Positions 37,882 to 50,780 of a DNA stretch of 64,000 bases are shown here, in pieces. The notes under the pieces were generated by a model, which was given only the letters and a program-made list of their open reading frames with translations, searched no databases and was not told the origin of the DNA. Each line of letters starts with the position of its first letter. The first letter of the stretch is position 1. The position numbers and the translations under genes are program-made. Origin of the DNA: Vicugna vicugna (taxonomy: Eukaryota); contig MU058221.1 of the NCBI GenBank assembly GCA_013265495.1, positions 5,874,066 through 5,938,065 of the forward strand, read 5' to 3'.

Positions 37882-37945
37882 ATTAAAATGTCCATATTGT
37901 CCAATGGAACAAAGTCCAGGGGATGCCAAACAGATATTTTTCTGA
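37882..37945 (+). CDS. RMND5A: RMND5A last coding exon 9 (64 coding nt, TGA stop)
   Basis: gtctttag|A TTA AAA TGT...TTT TTC TGA; (K)LKCPYCPMEQSPGDAKQIFF*. Exons 2-9 sum to 1034 nt with consistent phases. Confidence 0.97.
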
Positions 37946-40900
37946 AGAAATTAGTTTGCAATTTGTAAGTGAAACTGAATGGAGGTGCGTTTCAGAAGAG
38001 AACGTCCCATTTAATGCAGCTAACCAAGGACTCCCATGTTTATATAAGCTAACGCTCCAGAAACTTTGCCAGCATTTTAGTGTGCGCACACTGAGGGAGT
38101 GCTCTGGGGGACACCTGTCAGAGGGCTTTATTATATTCTTGGTCTTCATTTCTGATCAAGTAAATACACCAGCAGTTGTCATTCAATGCAGGTTTTTGTA
38201 CTTAATTATATGGTGATTTTTTTACTTTTTAAGAGCAGAAACAGAAATTGACCTCTCCGCCATGTGTTTAATATTTCTCCTGCTTTTACTTTTGTCATTC
38301 TCTTGATAACTGTTGAGCCTTGAGAATGTTTGTGAAGAAACATGTTGTGTGTACATAATTAAATGAAAATTCTTCAGAAGCAGTTTGAAAAACTGAATTG
38401 TGGTCATGAAGCTAATTTGCAGTTTCTTTTGCTTAAGGAAGAAAGCTGTGATAAATTCCAAATTTGCTTTTGGATGTTTTCCTCTGCTCCAGCTCTCACC
38501 AAGAAGTTAGCAGACCTGCATCTGAGCTCTGCTTGTAGCCCCGGCGGGGCTGCCTTCTATAAAAAAATGCCGTCATAAATTTTAGCAGGTTGGTGTGAGA
38601 AATCTTCCACCAGAACTCAGTGGAAGCAGTTCTATTGTTTCTTTGCTTTTATTGCCAAGAGGTGCTTGTTTTTAAAAGTGTGTTCAATAAAACAAAATTC
38701 TGAAGTTAGACGTGTTCTTAAGTTGATATTTGCTCTCTTGGTCTTGGTAGCCCTCTTCTCTGAAATCTGCCTTCAGGACTTGGCTGTTTATTGCCTTTGT
38801 ATGTCATTGCAGACACAGTGTTGTGTGTGTGTGTGTATATGTGCACCGGCATCAAACATTGTGTATCTGGAAGGGAAGAAGCATGTTCCAGTCCTAAAAT
38901 GCAGTTACCAGACTTATCACTTTAAATCCTTAAAGTTAGAAGCTAGCACATTTTCTGTAGTGCAGAATATGTTTATTGCTGTTTTTGTATTTGAATAGTA
39001 TACTGTTCAATGCCTCTCTTCTGCAAAGTGTATCATCTCATTGTGAATCTCTATATTATTCTACTGGGTACCTACCGATAATGATCCTTTCTCTCGCGAG
39101 GTATCTTCATTTAATGCACTGTCCAGAAATAGCCATGTGTAAGAGTCTTTCTCTGTATGATGAACTACATGGAAAAGACTTTTGTGGACGTAATTCCGAC
39201 TTAAACCTACGAAGTCACTTCATTTTGAGAAGAATGTCATATGGAAACCACCAAATACTTTGCAACTCTATTTCATCTGACTGGGAACTGAATATCAGTA
39301 CAGGAGAACTTTGATGAGAAAAGGAAGAAAGAAGAATACACAGGAGCAGAGAGAAATGTGACGCTCCACGTTTTACTGCAGATTGACATTGTTTGCGGGG
39401 GAGGGAGCTGACAGATCTGGTGCTGAGTTAATTGGAGCCTGGCAGCGTTCGCTGTAGCGGTCTGGCCTGGATGGTTTGTCCTGAGATGTTCCCCTGGGAG
39501 AGCCAGGACTCGTTTTTGAAGGAGGGGGTGCTGCTTCATTGCTGTGTGTGATCAGGCTGATGCTGAGGGTTACTCTGCGCTGTGGGGCGTAGCCAGGGAT
39601 TTGACTGGGCGCTCCGGGTACCCGCTTTGCCCCACCTCCGTCTTGGCCCCACAGTGACTTTTGCCCTGCGTTTCTGCTTTCCTGTTGGAACCTGCAGGTC
39701 TCCACTAACACAGTGAAGGAAGAGAGCAGAGAGCAGCTCCTTGGACTCTAGAAGGAGAAGGTAGGGAATTCCAGGCAACACTCTGGCCAAGGATGTAAAA
39801 CTGCTTTATTATGTATTTTTTTCCTTTGAATTAAAACCCAGAGTGTTACCTTTTTTTTCACCTTTTTTTTTTTTCTCGCTAAGCCAGATTTATTTTAGTC
39901 ACAGCTTATTCTCACCTTTGCACCTCAAACACCTACACAACATTTAGGCTTGATGTATGATTTGAACAGTACAGACATTGCTCTCAAGGCTGGTGGTAAA
40001 TATTTTTGGCGACCAGACACTTAACATAGTTGGCTCAGGCCACTTGAAGGACAAAAGCCAGAGAGAGCTCTGCTTTGTCCCTCTCCCAGGATTCGGGATC
40101 CTGTGGACAGCTCTCTATGCGGCCCATGAGACCTTAGAAAGAACATGCTTTAACTGAAGCGTTGGACTTTACAGCTTCCTGTGCAAGGTCCCTGTGGTCC
40201 CACTGGGCGGGGGTAGGGCCAAAAATTGGGAACTCGTTGATCTGACAGTTTCACGTGAAAATTTTGTTGTGTGACCTTCTTTAGCTAAATGCATGGACTT
40301 AAAATTCATAGGTGACTAAATGTGGAGGAGAGAGGTGGGTTTGAAGAGGCCAGACCTTAACCAAAGATGCTGAAATACAACATGCTGACCTTTCTGCTCT
40401 AGACACACCTTCACCTTCACCAGTGGTGGCAGGACTGTCGCTGGGGCTGTCAGCCAGCCGGGCGGGAGGATGTGCTTGGTCACGCTCTGCGTTCTCGCAG
40501 GAGGTCGTGATAAAGCTAAGGTGTGTTTCCGTCAGACTGATGATAACAGTGTACGTTGAAAACAGAATTTCAGAGTGGTTTCTTAAACATTTACTAGGAA
40601 GCCATTTCCACTTACCGATCACGGACAAAGGCCATGGGACTATGCTAAACCGATAAAACCTTAGCAGACCCTTAGATTCTGATTCAGAGCATCTGTGCTT
40701 TCAAGGACAGTGTGAAGTGCAGTGGCTAAGGTTGTCTTTCGATCGTTTTTCTCCTGTGTGTGATCTTCACAGATGCCATTTCTGTTGCTTCAGTGGTGAT
40801 TCTATGAGACTTCTAAACACATAAACGAACGGGTATTGGTGCCTCTTGATTTTTAAAATTTTGAAGAAAAGAGCCACCTCATATTCATAGGGTGTGTGAG

Positions 40901-42315
40901 TATTTTGTGAGTGTATGAGCATTTAACTGAAAATAAGAGTTATGAAGTAAATCTTTAGTTTTTTGATTTTTTTTCGGTAGCAGCTAATGTATACAGAGAC
41001 ACTAAAACCCACACCAAGTTATGTGGGCGGTGAGGATCCTTCTTTCTCTCCAGGTGGTCCCACAGGTTATGCGGTTTAAGTTCATTGTATTTTATGCTGT
41101 GAGTTACTTCCACCTCGGTGGTTTCAGCCTTTGGGACAGTAGATACTGCAAAAACCAGGAACTCGGGTTTTCTGCACAAGCTGCTGGTAGACGTTAGCCC
41201 TCTGGTTTTCCAGCTCAACCTCTGATTAAGTGGATTGACAGTCAGGCTGGTCAGTCGGCTTAGTCAGCAGACTCAGGTTATTTTCAGGGAAGGCATGGAG
41301 GCGTGTTTGGTTAATTTCATCACCAGGATGTGTCAGGTGAAGACACAAACCAAATACTTTTCATCACCTAACTCTACGTACATTATGCTTGGTAACACTG
41401 GCGTGCTGTGGCCTTGGGGGGATGTGAGCGAGGAGCACGCAGAAGGTTGGGTGCAGCACAGCGGTGTTTACCATAAGCAGGTACAAACTTCATGAACTGT
41501 TCTTATCGAACTATAATTGAATAGATACCAAAAATAGAATGACAAGTGTATTTCAATAGCAGACGAGGCACTTAGTTTTAGGGCGAGTTTTCCCGCTGTT
41601 GATTTTACTTCAAGACATAGGGAGAGAAAACAGTTTAGTTTTCAAGACATTTCCCTCTACAGTTTCCCACTGTAGTGAGCAGATGCTTCCTTTACTTCCA
41701 CAGCGGCAGAAGCAGCTGGAACTGGCTTATAGCACGTGCTTTGTTTCATGTTATGGGTGAGGACCGACACTCTTTGTTTTAGCAGTCACTTTTACATGTT
41801 CTCCAGCAAGGCAGATGTGGGGGTCAGTAGGACTTAGTGCCTGATCTTTTCTTTTGGGAAGGGGTGGGAGTGAATGTACTGGGGATGGGAGGGAAGCAGG
41901 AGAAGATGGAAGCGTGAGTGAGTGTGCATGTGTCTGAAATTCACCATTTACCCCCACCTGTGTCTAGCAAAGGAACAGGTACTTAATGTATTTTGCTCAT
42001 GACTGCAGTGTGCATGTATTTTTCCCCCCTCCTCCATGTTTTCTAAACTTACGCTAAAAGGATTCATCAAATCACCTTGTTCCGATGGCTCAGGGTTGTA
42101 TTTCATTTGCTTACCCTGTGCTCTTGGGTTCTGTAGTGTTTCTATAATTATGTAACAATAGTGTTGCACTGTAATCTATCATATAGAGCTATATGTATGG
42201 AAACTTTTGATCAGTTTTTTAAGAAATGTATCCTGTTTGCAAAGGCACAATAAAGTTGCATCTTATAGACTATAGGCAATAAAGCTAACAATAAACCTTA
42301 TTTAACACAAACTGT
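37946..42315 (+). other. RMND5A: RMND5A long 3'UTR
   Basis: Repeat-poor stretch after the stop codon, ending in a triple AATAAA; exact cleavage site inferred. Confidence 0.75.
42249..42295 (+). terminator. Polyadenylation signals of RMND5A (3 x AATAAA)
   Basis: AATAAA at 42249-42254, 42278-42283 and 42290-42295, followed by T-rich sequence. Confidence 0.75.
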
Positions 42316-42954
42316 ATTCACATTTCTCTGTTCATTTGATCTTGAGAAAAGTCCAGCACATCCAGTAGTTTCAGGGACTTCATTTTAACTTAAAAGGTTC
42401 TGATATGTTTGATTTATAAATTTTAGACTGATAACAATAGTTTTGGAAAACTCAGAAATGCTTTGTTAATGTGTGTATTCCTATGTAAAAACACATGGCT
42501 TCTCCTGTGTATATTTTTAAACATTAAAGAAATGCACACTTAAAGAGTGTTTTGTGGAACCAGTCTGTGCAAGTGTGACAGGTGCCCGAGATCTGAGGGA
42601 GGGAGCGTGGAGGTGAGAGGACATTGCTGTCTGCATTTGCTAAGGCTCCGCCTGTAAAGAATGTAAGAACACATCATTGTCACCATCTCATCCTGTTTCT
42701 GTGTCACCAGCAATGTGAGAAGCGGAGGTGGCTGGGCCACCACCCCCAGTTTCTAAGGACGGGGTGGGGGTTGCATTAGTATTTCCTTGTATTTCTAAGA
42801 GAGACTCATTCTTACCTGAGGTTCTAGAATGTTTTCTACCCGTGAGAACCATTGTGGGTCCCTCCTTTCCCACCGTCGTGTTTGGAGCTAGCGGTCCAGG
42901 TGGTAAGGATGAGGCCAGAGACCTCACCACCTGTCCCTGCAGCACGGGGGCATC

Positions 42955-43120
42955 TCCAGGCTCAAAGTGCGGTCTCCGGCAGCATCAGCATCACCTGGGA
43001 GCTGGGGAGGAACGCCGGATCTCCAGCCGCAGCCCGGACCTTCTGGGTCGGCACCTGCATGCTTATGAGAAAACGCTTCCCTCACGAGGAGCCTCTGGGA
43101 TGCTCCCTACTTCCTGAAGT
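42955..43120. mobile_element. MER5A-like hAT MITE
   Basis: ctcaaagtgcggtc...cagcatcagcatcacctgggagct resembles MER5A. Confidence 0.55.
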
Positions 43121-45767
43121 ACACCCCCTTTTAAGTGTGGCAGGTAAGGATCACGTGTACTGAGCAAACTTAACCCTTGATGACTAAGTCCTGAGTCATC
43201 AAGAAAAGTTAAATTTAGTGTGCTTGGAACTCGGTTTTCGTGTAGTTACTTTAAAAGTCAGCGTATGTCCGTAGGCACCCAGGGAGTTGAGGGAGTGTTT
43301 GTTGTATTTGCGCATGGTCAGATGCAGTTTCCATCCCGTCCCTGCCAAAGTGGGGAAGGTTGAGCACCAAAGATAGAAGATAGTGAATTTTTGTAATGGC
43401 AAAATAAGACTGAAAAGGCACCTTCAAGTGAGCAGCTCGATCCCCCCTCACCCCGCAGTGGAGAAGCTGGATGATGGACAATTTCCCAGCGAACGGACGT
43501 GTTCTCTCCCAGAGGACACACTTCCCAAACTTTTTTTTTTTTTTCTGGCACCGAGTGAGAAATTCACATAACCCTGTATACACGCGGAGTTTATCATTCT
43601 GAAACAAGTTTTACAAAACGAACGCTTACAATGTGTGATGCACTGATACTTTGTCTATTATTTCGCTAATACTTAACAAGATAGTTGATTTCATGACTTG
43701 CTAAGGGGCTGAGATCTACTGTTTAAAAAAAACCCCTTGCCTTAAGGGACAGAGATGGAATGATCCTTTCACAAAGCCGCAGTGAAATCTCTGTCAGTAT
43801 GTATGACAGAAAGTATTTTTTCTTTTTCCAAAAAAGCTTTTCCCTGCAGTGGAGTGTTAGTCTGTGAGTCTTCTATACTAGCAAATGGATTATACCAGAA
43901 TTAGAAGCATTGTCCGAAAGCAAGGGCTTCTGTGTGCCAGGGAATTATGTGTTAATTAGCTATGTTTTCTTCCAGCTCAGAAAAGTGCAAAGTGCTTCAT
44001 GCTAAATATTGGCTTGTACAGTAGAACCCTTTAGTTAATAAGCAGATGTGTGCATGTTAAATGCAGGAAGTATTTAACACATTGTGATGTGGCAACTTCA
44101 GTCACTCAATGTGGAATTTTTTTTTAAGTGCCAAGCCCTGGGAGGAAGCAGGGTCCTTGCCCTCCTGGGGCTTGTGGACTGCTGGTATATGCAGAAAAAC
44201 AGAGCACCAAGACCCTGTAGTGAAGTTAATTCCAACTTCACTACAGTGACCCAGCTACCAGAGGGTCACGGGAGAGATGCAGTAAGTTGTGTGTTTTTAA
44301 GGCCCACTGTGACCACAGTGGATGAGATGGTTGGGGAGAGGTGGTTAGAGCCAGGGAGGCCAGTACAGTAGGTAAAGAAGGTGTCAGTTTTTGTTGAGCA
44401 CCGTAGGTCCTGGGGGTAGAGTGGTGAACAAGACCCACTTGGTCTCTGCTCTCAGGATAATCTGAGAAAAAGATAATGAAAACACAGCAAGGTGATATTT
44501 TTGTTACATACAATGTTCCAGGCCCTTCTGTAACATAGAGAAGCGTTAAGGTGTTCTTGTCTCTCAAGCGATGGGACTCCTTGCTCTGATCTAAAATACA
44601 TTCCCATTTCTTTCTACTGTCTCCGTTTTCTAGGTGGGTTTCTAACTTCTCCCCACTCTCCTTACTTACATTGGTCTCCTACACTGTGTGGGTTGTGTAA
44701 TGTTCTGTCAGTTCCCCGCCAGGATTGGTCTTTTTGCTGCATTTGAGGACGTCCTTCTGCCACCGTGCAAGGACTGCCCTTCAAGTGAAGGACTTCGGTG
44801 TCATTTCCCCTCTAAAGCAAAAATGTGCCTTAAAAGGAAACGTGTTACTTGTCAGCGTTCAAGACTGTTGCGGGAGCATCCCCTGCTGAGCAGATTACAG
44901 GTGCCTGGTAGGTTTCCTTTCGGTCTTAACACGAGACCGTGTTGCTTTCAGTTACTTCAGATCAGAGGAATTTCACAGGAAATCATTAAATGGCCATGAA
45001 AGTTTTGAGAGGTGGTTCAGGAAGTTTGGGCTGAGGGCCCGTGTCTGTGCTGGTGTGTACCAGTTAGCAGCATGTGTGCAGTAGGCGGTCTGGGCTTTGC
45101 GTGGTGGCTTCATGCCATCAGGGGACCTGGGTTCTTATCCTGCTCCACAGCCTTGATATGTGGCTTCTGTTTCACCTCTGATTGTATCCGTGGTCCAGGC
45201 AGGAAGGAGGAGGAAAGGGGTGGGAAAAGAACAAGCTTCCAGCTGAGTTAGCCCCTTCGAAGTCTTTCCTGGAAGCTCTACCCGGCGACTTACTCGCCAC
45301 GCTTGTCTGCAAGGAAGTCTGGGAAATGTAGTCTTTTAGCCAGGCATATCACCACCTGTCATAAAATGAAAGTTCTGTTAGGTGAGGAAGAAGGGGAGGA
45401 TCGTTGTTAGGAAAGCAGCCTACGGTCTCTGCCCCACTTACCTGTGCATCTGAACCAGGAAACAGGTGGCATTTCATTCACAGTGTGGAATGAAGTCATC
45501 AGCACCGGTCATCGATGCAGCCTTTCTCCTGCCCTGGGATGTTAGACAAATGAGGGGTTAGCGGTCACTGAGATACATCCCCTGGTGATTGATGTTCATG
45601 GTGGAAGCAGGAAACACCCTAACTTCAGACGAGAACCCCTGTTCTACCCTTGTTCTAGAACAGAGCAGGTGCTGGTGACCTTTGTTTTCTATCTTGGGCT
45701 GCATAGGAGAAAAGTATATTTGGTTTTCAGGTACTCGTCGACTTTCAGAGAATTTTTAAGTGCTCTA

Positions 45768-45935
45768 CAGGCATCCTTTGTTTTACTGCACTTTGCTTTA
45801 TTGTGCTTCACAGATACTTCGTGTTTTACAAATTGAAAGTTTGTGGCCACCTGCGTCGAGCAGATCTGTCAGTGCCATTTTTCCAACAGCACATTCTTCT
45901 CTGTGTCACGTTTTGGTCATTCTCGCAATATTTCT
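45768..45935 (+). mobile_element. Tigger1 terminal fragment
   Basis: ta|caggcatcctttgttttactgcactttgctttattgtgcttcacagatac...tacaaattgaaagtttgtggc resembles the Tigger1 end. Confidence 0.75.
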
Positions 45936-46124
45936 GCCATTTGCGCATGTCCCCCTTTCTCTGCTCACGTCTAGCTACCTGCCTGCTCTAACACATAGAC
46001 GGGAATGGTTATTGTGCACCCCTTTTTTGGAACAGAAGTTGGAGGAATCAGACACGGGCCACTGCATTCAGAGTATAATTGTTCCAGCACTAATTTTGAG
46101 AAATTCAGTACAAGTTCATTTTTT

Positions 46125-46345
46125 CAGTATACATTTATTTGTTACTATGTTCCAGGGGCTGAAGTAGGCACTTAAAATACATATAAACTCATATATTCTT
46201 ACCAAGAGCCCTTTGAGGTAGGACTGTTATTACCCGCATTGTACAAGTGGAGAGACTGAGATACTGAGACATTGTCACTTACTTGCTAGAGAACATACAA
46301 TAATCAGCGGGGCCAGGAAGCTGCTTTCAGAGCCTCTGCATTTAA
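46125..46345. mobile_element. MIR-like SINE
   Basis: ccctttgaggtaggactgttattacccgcattgtacaagtggagagactgag. Confidence 0.6.
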
Positions 46346-47799
46346 TCTGATCTCAGGCAGTTGTGACCTTCGCGGTTCTTTCTGATGGAGAAAGCATTGC
46401 TCAAGTCTGCCTCAAATCTGCTTTTCGGGGCAGGTTAAGGGGTGCCTGGCTGTTGTAAAATCCTGTGCAGGAGGGATTTGCACCCAGGACTGGGGCAGGT
46501 GGGAGGGACAGCTGCTTGCTGGTTTGAAAAAAACAAAACAAAAAACGAGGACCCTTCCCCCGACCCACTGGTTGCAGAGTCACGGGGGATTTCCAAGCAT
46601 AAGGTAGGCTCTCTTGAAAGCAGTTTAATAGCTGGAGAAAGAAATGACCCATTTCTCTGTTTTGTTTTGTTTTTTTCTTCTTGCACAAGCAGGATATGTT
46701 TTTGTTAAGTGGATGCATGTTTTTTAAGTGAACCACATGGAGGCTGGATTCCGGCCTGCTGATACCAAGTTTACTGCCTAGTAAAGAAGTCATTTCTCCG
46801 TCTCCTGGTTTTCAGGGTCCGAAAACATGTGGTGAGCATGTTTGACGTAGGAAAATTTGTAAAACCAGTGCTTCAGGCTAGCGATTGGCAAATGAAATAC
46901 AATTGTTGAAGCCTCCAGCTTTGAACTGTGGGGTGCTCCTTCCGCATGCGGAGAACGAAGGAGCAGGTTGGATGTCCGCTGTCACCTCCCGGCCCTGAGC
47001 CCAGAACCGCAGCGCCCCCCACCCCCCACCCCCTCGCATGCTTGAGGCCTCAGGGCCTGCAGATCGGCCTTCTGTTTTATTCCTAGTCTCCAGGACCAAC
47101 TCTAATGAATGCTTATTCCTATGTTGTTATTTTTAAACTCCAAATGGTTATTTACCATTTTATTTGTGGTAAGTGAATCCCTTTTGTACTGGGTATGAAA
47201 GAAATCAGTAAGTAGTTAACCCTCTCCCAGCCACGCCCCACCTGAGCTGCAGGTTGGGGGGGAAATGCCCTTCTTCTGCCTTGGCCCGGATTCTCCGACA
47301 CTGGCGCTCCACGGCCACCCTCACAAGTTTGTCCCACGAGGAGAGGAGTGTCCTTTGCGTGCTGCTTCTCAGCTTTTCCAGGGAACCCAGAGACAGCCCA
47401 GAGCGCGGCACGTGTTGCAAGCTGAGCCTCAGTCCCTGCAGTCTCCTCTCCTTCACCCTTGCCCCTGCGGGTTCTGCTTAGCTCAGTGGGTTTGGGAGAA
47501 GGGAGCGAGAGCCAGATTTTGCCTCCGAGAAACTTTCAGCTTTCACTTCTGCTTTCCCACACTCAGGATACTTTTTCGTCAAGATTTTTGTTCTCCCAAA
47601 GTAGATTGTTTTTTAAGAATTAAAGTTGTGGAAGGTAGGGGGAGTTCTGTGTCTGACCTGGTGGCGGCTGTGTGTTCATTTCATAATGGCTTAGAGCTGT
47701 ACGCTTAATGATTTGTGCCCTCAGTTAGTCCAATTTACCTGAACAACAAAGTGAAGAGTTTGTGATTTATTATGTGAGGACTATCAGCTCATCTGTTAC

Positions 47800-47905
47800 C
47801 AAGATGCGCAAAGTCCTGGGTTCAAGCCCCAGTACCGCCACTTAAATAAACGAGTAAATCTAATTCCCTGCCCCCTGCAAAAACAAACAAACAAAAATAA
47901 TAAAT
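47800..47905 (+). mobile_element. tRNA-derived SINE (vic-1-like), 5'-truncated copy 5
   Basis: gtcctgggttcaagccccagtacc (B box) ...taaatctaattccctgccccc followed by an A-rich tail. Confidence 0.7.
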
Positions 47906-48173
47906 CAAATATTTTTAAAAGGAAGGCGATACAAGAAGAGACAAATCCATTTTGACTGATGTGAAAACGGGGAGTCCAAGGGGAAAGTGCGCAGTGATTT
48001 TCCTTTTAGGTATTTACCCTGAAGAAACAAAGATGTGTGCAACACTTCAGTCATGTTAGTTGTGACGACAGAGAAGAACCGGAAACAATTACACGTTAAG
48101 TAACAGTTAAATAAATGATGGCACAACCAAAAATGGACTGCAACTCCGCCATTAAAAAAGTACGCCGTAAATG

Positions 48174-48330
48174 TTTATTAAAGCCACTTATAAAAGGATA
48201 GTGCCACCCCACTTTTTAAAGTATGTATCATGTATATGTGCATAGAAAATAATCAGAAAGAATGGACATCATAATATTAACAGTGATACCTGAGGTTAAG
48301 AATTGTGGGTGACTTTTATTACCTTTTATT
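48174..48330 (-). terminator. Candidate CD8A polyadenylation signals
   Basis: AATAAA on the minus strand at 48325-48330, 48315-48320 and 48174-48179, ~1.1-1.3 kb past the stop; which one is used cannot be determined here. Confidence 0.5.
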
Positions 48331-49462
48331 ATTACCTTATCTAAGTTTTTTCCTGCAATGAGCAGGTCACATTAGCACAAGCCCGTTAAGAGAGGAAGCG
48401 CATGTGTGGGCCAGCAGTCTGGGCTCAGCCCCCTCCCCAGGGTCTGTCCTGCTCCATCCCCACATCTCCATCCCTGCTGGTCCAGGGGAGGCCAGGACCT
48501 GTGCCGGATGCTCTCTCACAGTTCCACCTTCACAACCAGCAAAAAGTCATCGAGGATCCCAGGAGCACGTACCAATACGGAATCTCAAATTCAGAGAGGG
48601 CCGACCTCCCTTCAGCTTTCCCGATGCTCAGATCACGTTTGCAAAGGGCGGCCTCTCCTCTTTCACGGGTCTGTCTGCAACACACGGGCTGGGAGGGCCG
48701 TTTTGCCTCTCTCTACCTGGGGATCTCACAGAGCTTTCCTTTAGAGGTCAAGTTGTTCGTTTTCCAGGATTCAGGTCACCCCTTCCACTTTATTTGAGGA
48801 ACTCCTATCATCTGTATAATTTCACACTTGGTTATTAAAAACAAACGTCTGATCCTGTTTAACTACATCATACAACTCGGTAAAGTTTTCTTATTTTATT
48901 TCATTACCTCGTCGGGGCTCGGGGCGCAGTGATGGGTCTATCACAGGTGCTCAAGAAATAACTTGTTCCTTTGAGGTTTAAGACACAGGCTTCCACGCGT
49001 GGAGACAGAGGCCTCCAGAAGAAAAGAATATATTTTGTGGAGGACAAGCCCTGAGCCTCTGCTGGGCCTCTGATCCAGCTGCTCCCCACCTCTGGGCTTT
49101 GTAAGATGGGGTAAAATTGAGCTGAGTGGGTGCCGAGGCCCGGCCAGCTCTAACAGCCTGGTGCTGAGAAGGCGGCTTGCGGTAGCTCTGGCTCCCGCCC
49201 TCCCCCAGTACGTGAGCACAGGGGTATTGGAACCCTTGCGGTGAACCGTCGATGTTACACAGTCTCGTTTTGCGTCAATTAAAGCAAACTCATAAAGAAA
49301 AAGTAACCGTTCCCACCCCATCCCCCATGAAAATAACAAAAATAGGAGTGAATACATAAGGACGCTGGAAAAAAACAAAAAGGAAGGACTCTCGCTGTCT
49401 TCATTGGGCGAGTTCTCTGTCTGATGTCCTGTAGTGGCTGTCGCACGGGGCCCATCGCCCTG

Positions 49463-49514
49463 TTAGACGTATCTCTCTGAAGGGCTAGGCTTGCCTCCCT
49501 GTCTGGCCACCGGC
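49463..49514 (-). CDS. CD8A: CD8A coding exon 6 (cytoplasmic tail, TAA stop)
   Basis: ctctttcag|G CCG GTG GCC...TAC GTC TAA; (R)PVARQGGKPSPSERYV*. Confidence 0.95.
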
Positions 49515-49679
49515 CTGAAAGAGAGGCAGGTGACGGCCATCGTGGCCAGAGTCCCTGGAATGCAATGCAGCATCCGCCCATGTCTACCCACCCTCCACCC
49601 GCCTCCCAGCCTTCTGGGCTCTGAGGACTTGTCCCTGGGGCAGCAGCGTGGGACTGGGTGAATGACCTCAGCCACCTGG

Positions 49680-49822
49680 CCAAGTGCTTTCCTTGTGCCA
49701 TCTTGTTTAATCCTCACGGCAAACTGAGGGGTAGCCACTAGGGAGGAGAGGTTAGAGGACGTGCCCAAGGTCACGCAACTAGGAGATGGTGGAGCCAGGA
49801 CTGAGCCCAGTTAACCCAGCTT
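49680..49822. mobile_element. MIR-like SINE in the last CD8A intron
   Basis: tttaatcctcacggcaaactgagg...gtgcccaaggtcacgcaactagg...ggagccaggactgagccca. Confidence 0.6.
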
Positions 49823-50629
49823 CCTGGAAACTTTGTCAAGGTGAAAGGAGGTGAGAGAAGCAGACTGATAACCAATCATCACCTGACCTGGTCCTCGGCC
49901 CCCGGGAGGATCGCAGAGAGAGGGGAGGATGTGAACGAACCCCCACAGTCAGACAAGCAGAGTTGCTTTACCTCAAAGTCCCTTGACAACCCAAATTTGA
50001 TGTCACACTAAAAATGTGTTAACTCACTCCTGGGCTAGCGCCTTCTAAACGGGCTGATTCATCCTGTGTGTCATGTCTACACACACGGTCCTCCAAAACC
50101 TCTCGTTGAAGCTGAGCTGCCTTTGGTCATCACTGACTTATATTAACTTGGGTGTGTGAAGTCCTCATATGTTTGATCTACATGGCTTTGTATTTCAGGG
50201 CAGAGTCTTATTCTCACTTATTCCTTTCAAAATGAGAATTTTTCAAAAAGATGGAGATAAGGGACAATTCTCCTCCAAAAGCTCCCAACTGTACCCCAAA
50301 TATTGAAATTGCTAAAAATCCCTCTCTGCTTTTAAAGAGTCTTTATCCCCTTGGTAGATCACCTCTAGTATAGGCACTGGAAATTCATTACATTTCCAGT
50401 GTTAAAAATAAAGATGTATTAGGCACCAAACTTGTGTTCCCACAGAGAAATATCAAGTATCAAGAAATGATATTGACATCAAGAAATAGCAAGAGAAATA
50501 CCAATGTACCACCGTGAAATGCAAACCCCAGGTATAAAACTTGAAGTATTTTCATCTGCTGAAAGGAACTGATGAATATGGTAGGTTATCCTTAACCTGT
50601 TCCTGCCCCAGCCCCCAGCCACGGGAAGG

Positions 50630-50780
50630 AGTCTGGGCTTTGGGTGGAAGTTGTAGCTTTACTCCTTGCTGGCCATATGGCCTTGGACAAGTCATTAAAT
50701 GTCCTAAGCCTCGGTTTCCTCATCTGTAAAATGGTGGTCACAGTAACTACTTTAAAGGTTGTTATGAAACTTGAAACTTA
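50630..50780. mobile_element. MIR-like SINE
   Basis: ggccttggacaagtcattaaatgtcctaagcctcggtttcctcatctgtaaaatgg. Confidence 0.7.

Noticed and set aside
50450..50500. Short repeated CAAGAAAT-like units
   Set aside because: Only two to four degenerate short units in A-rich DNA, consistent with simple slippage
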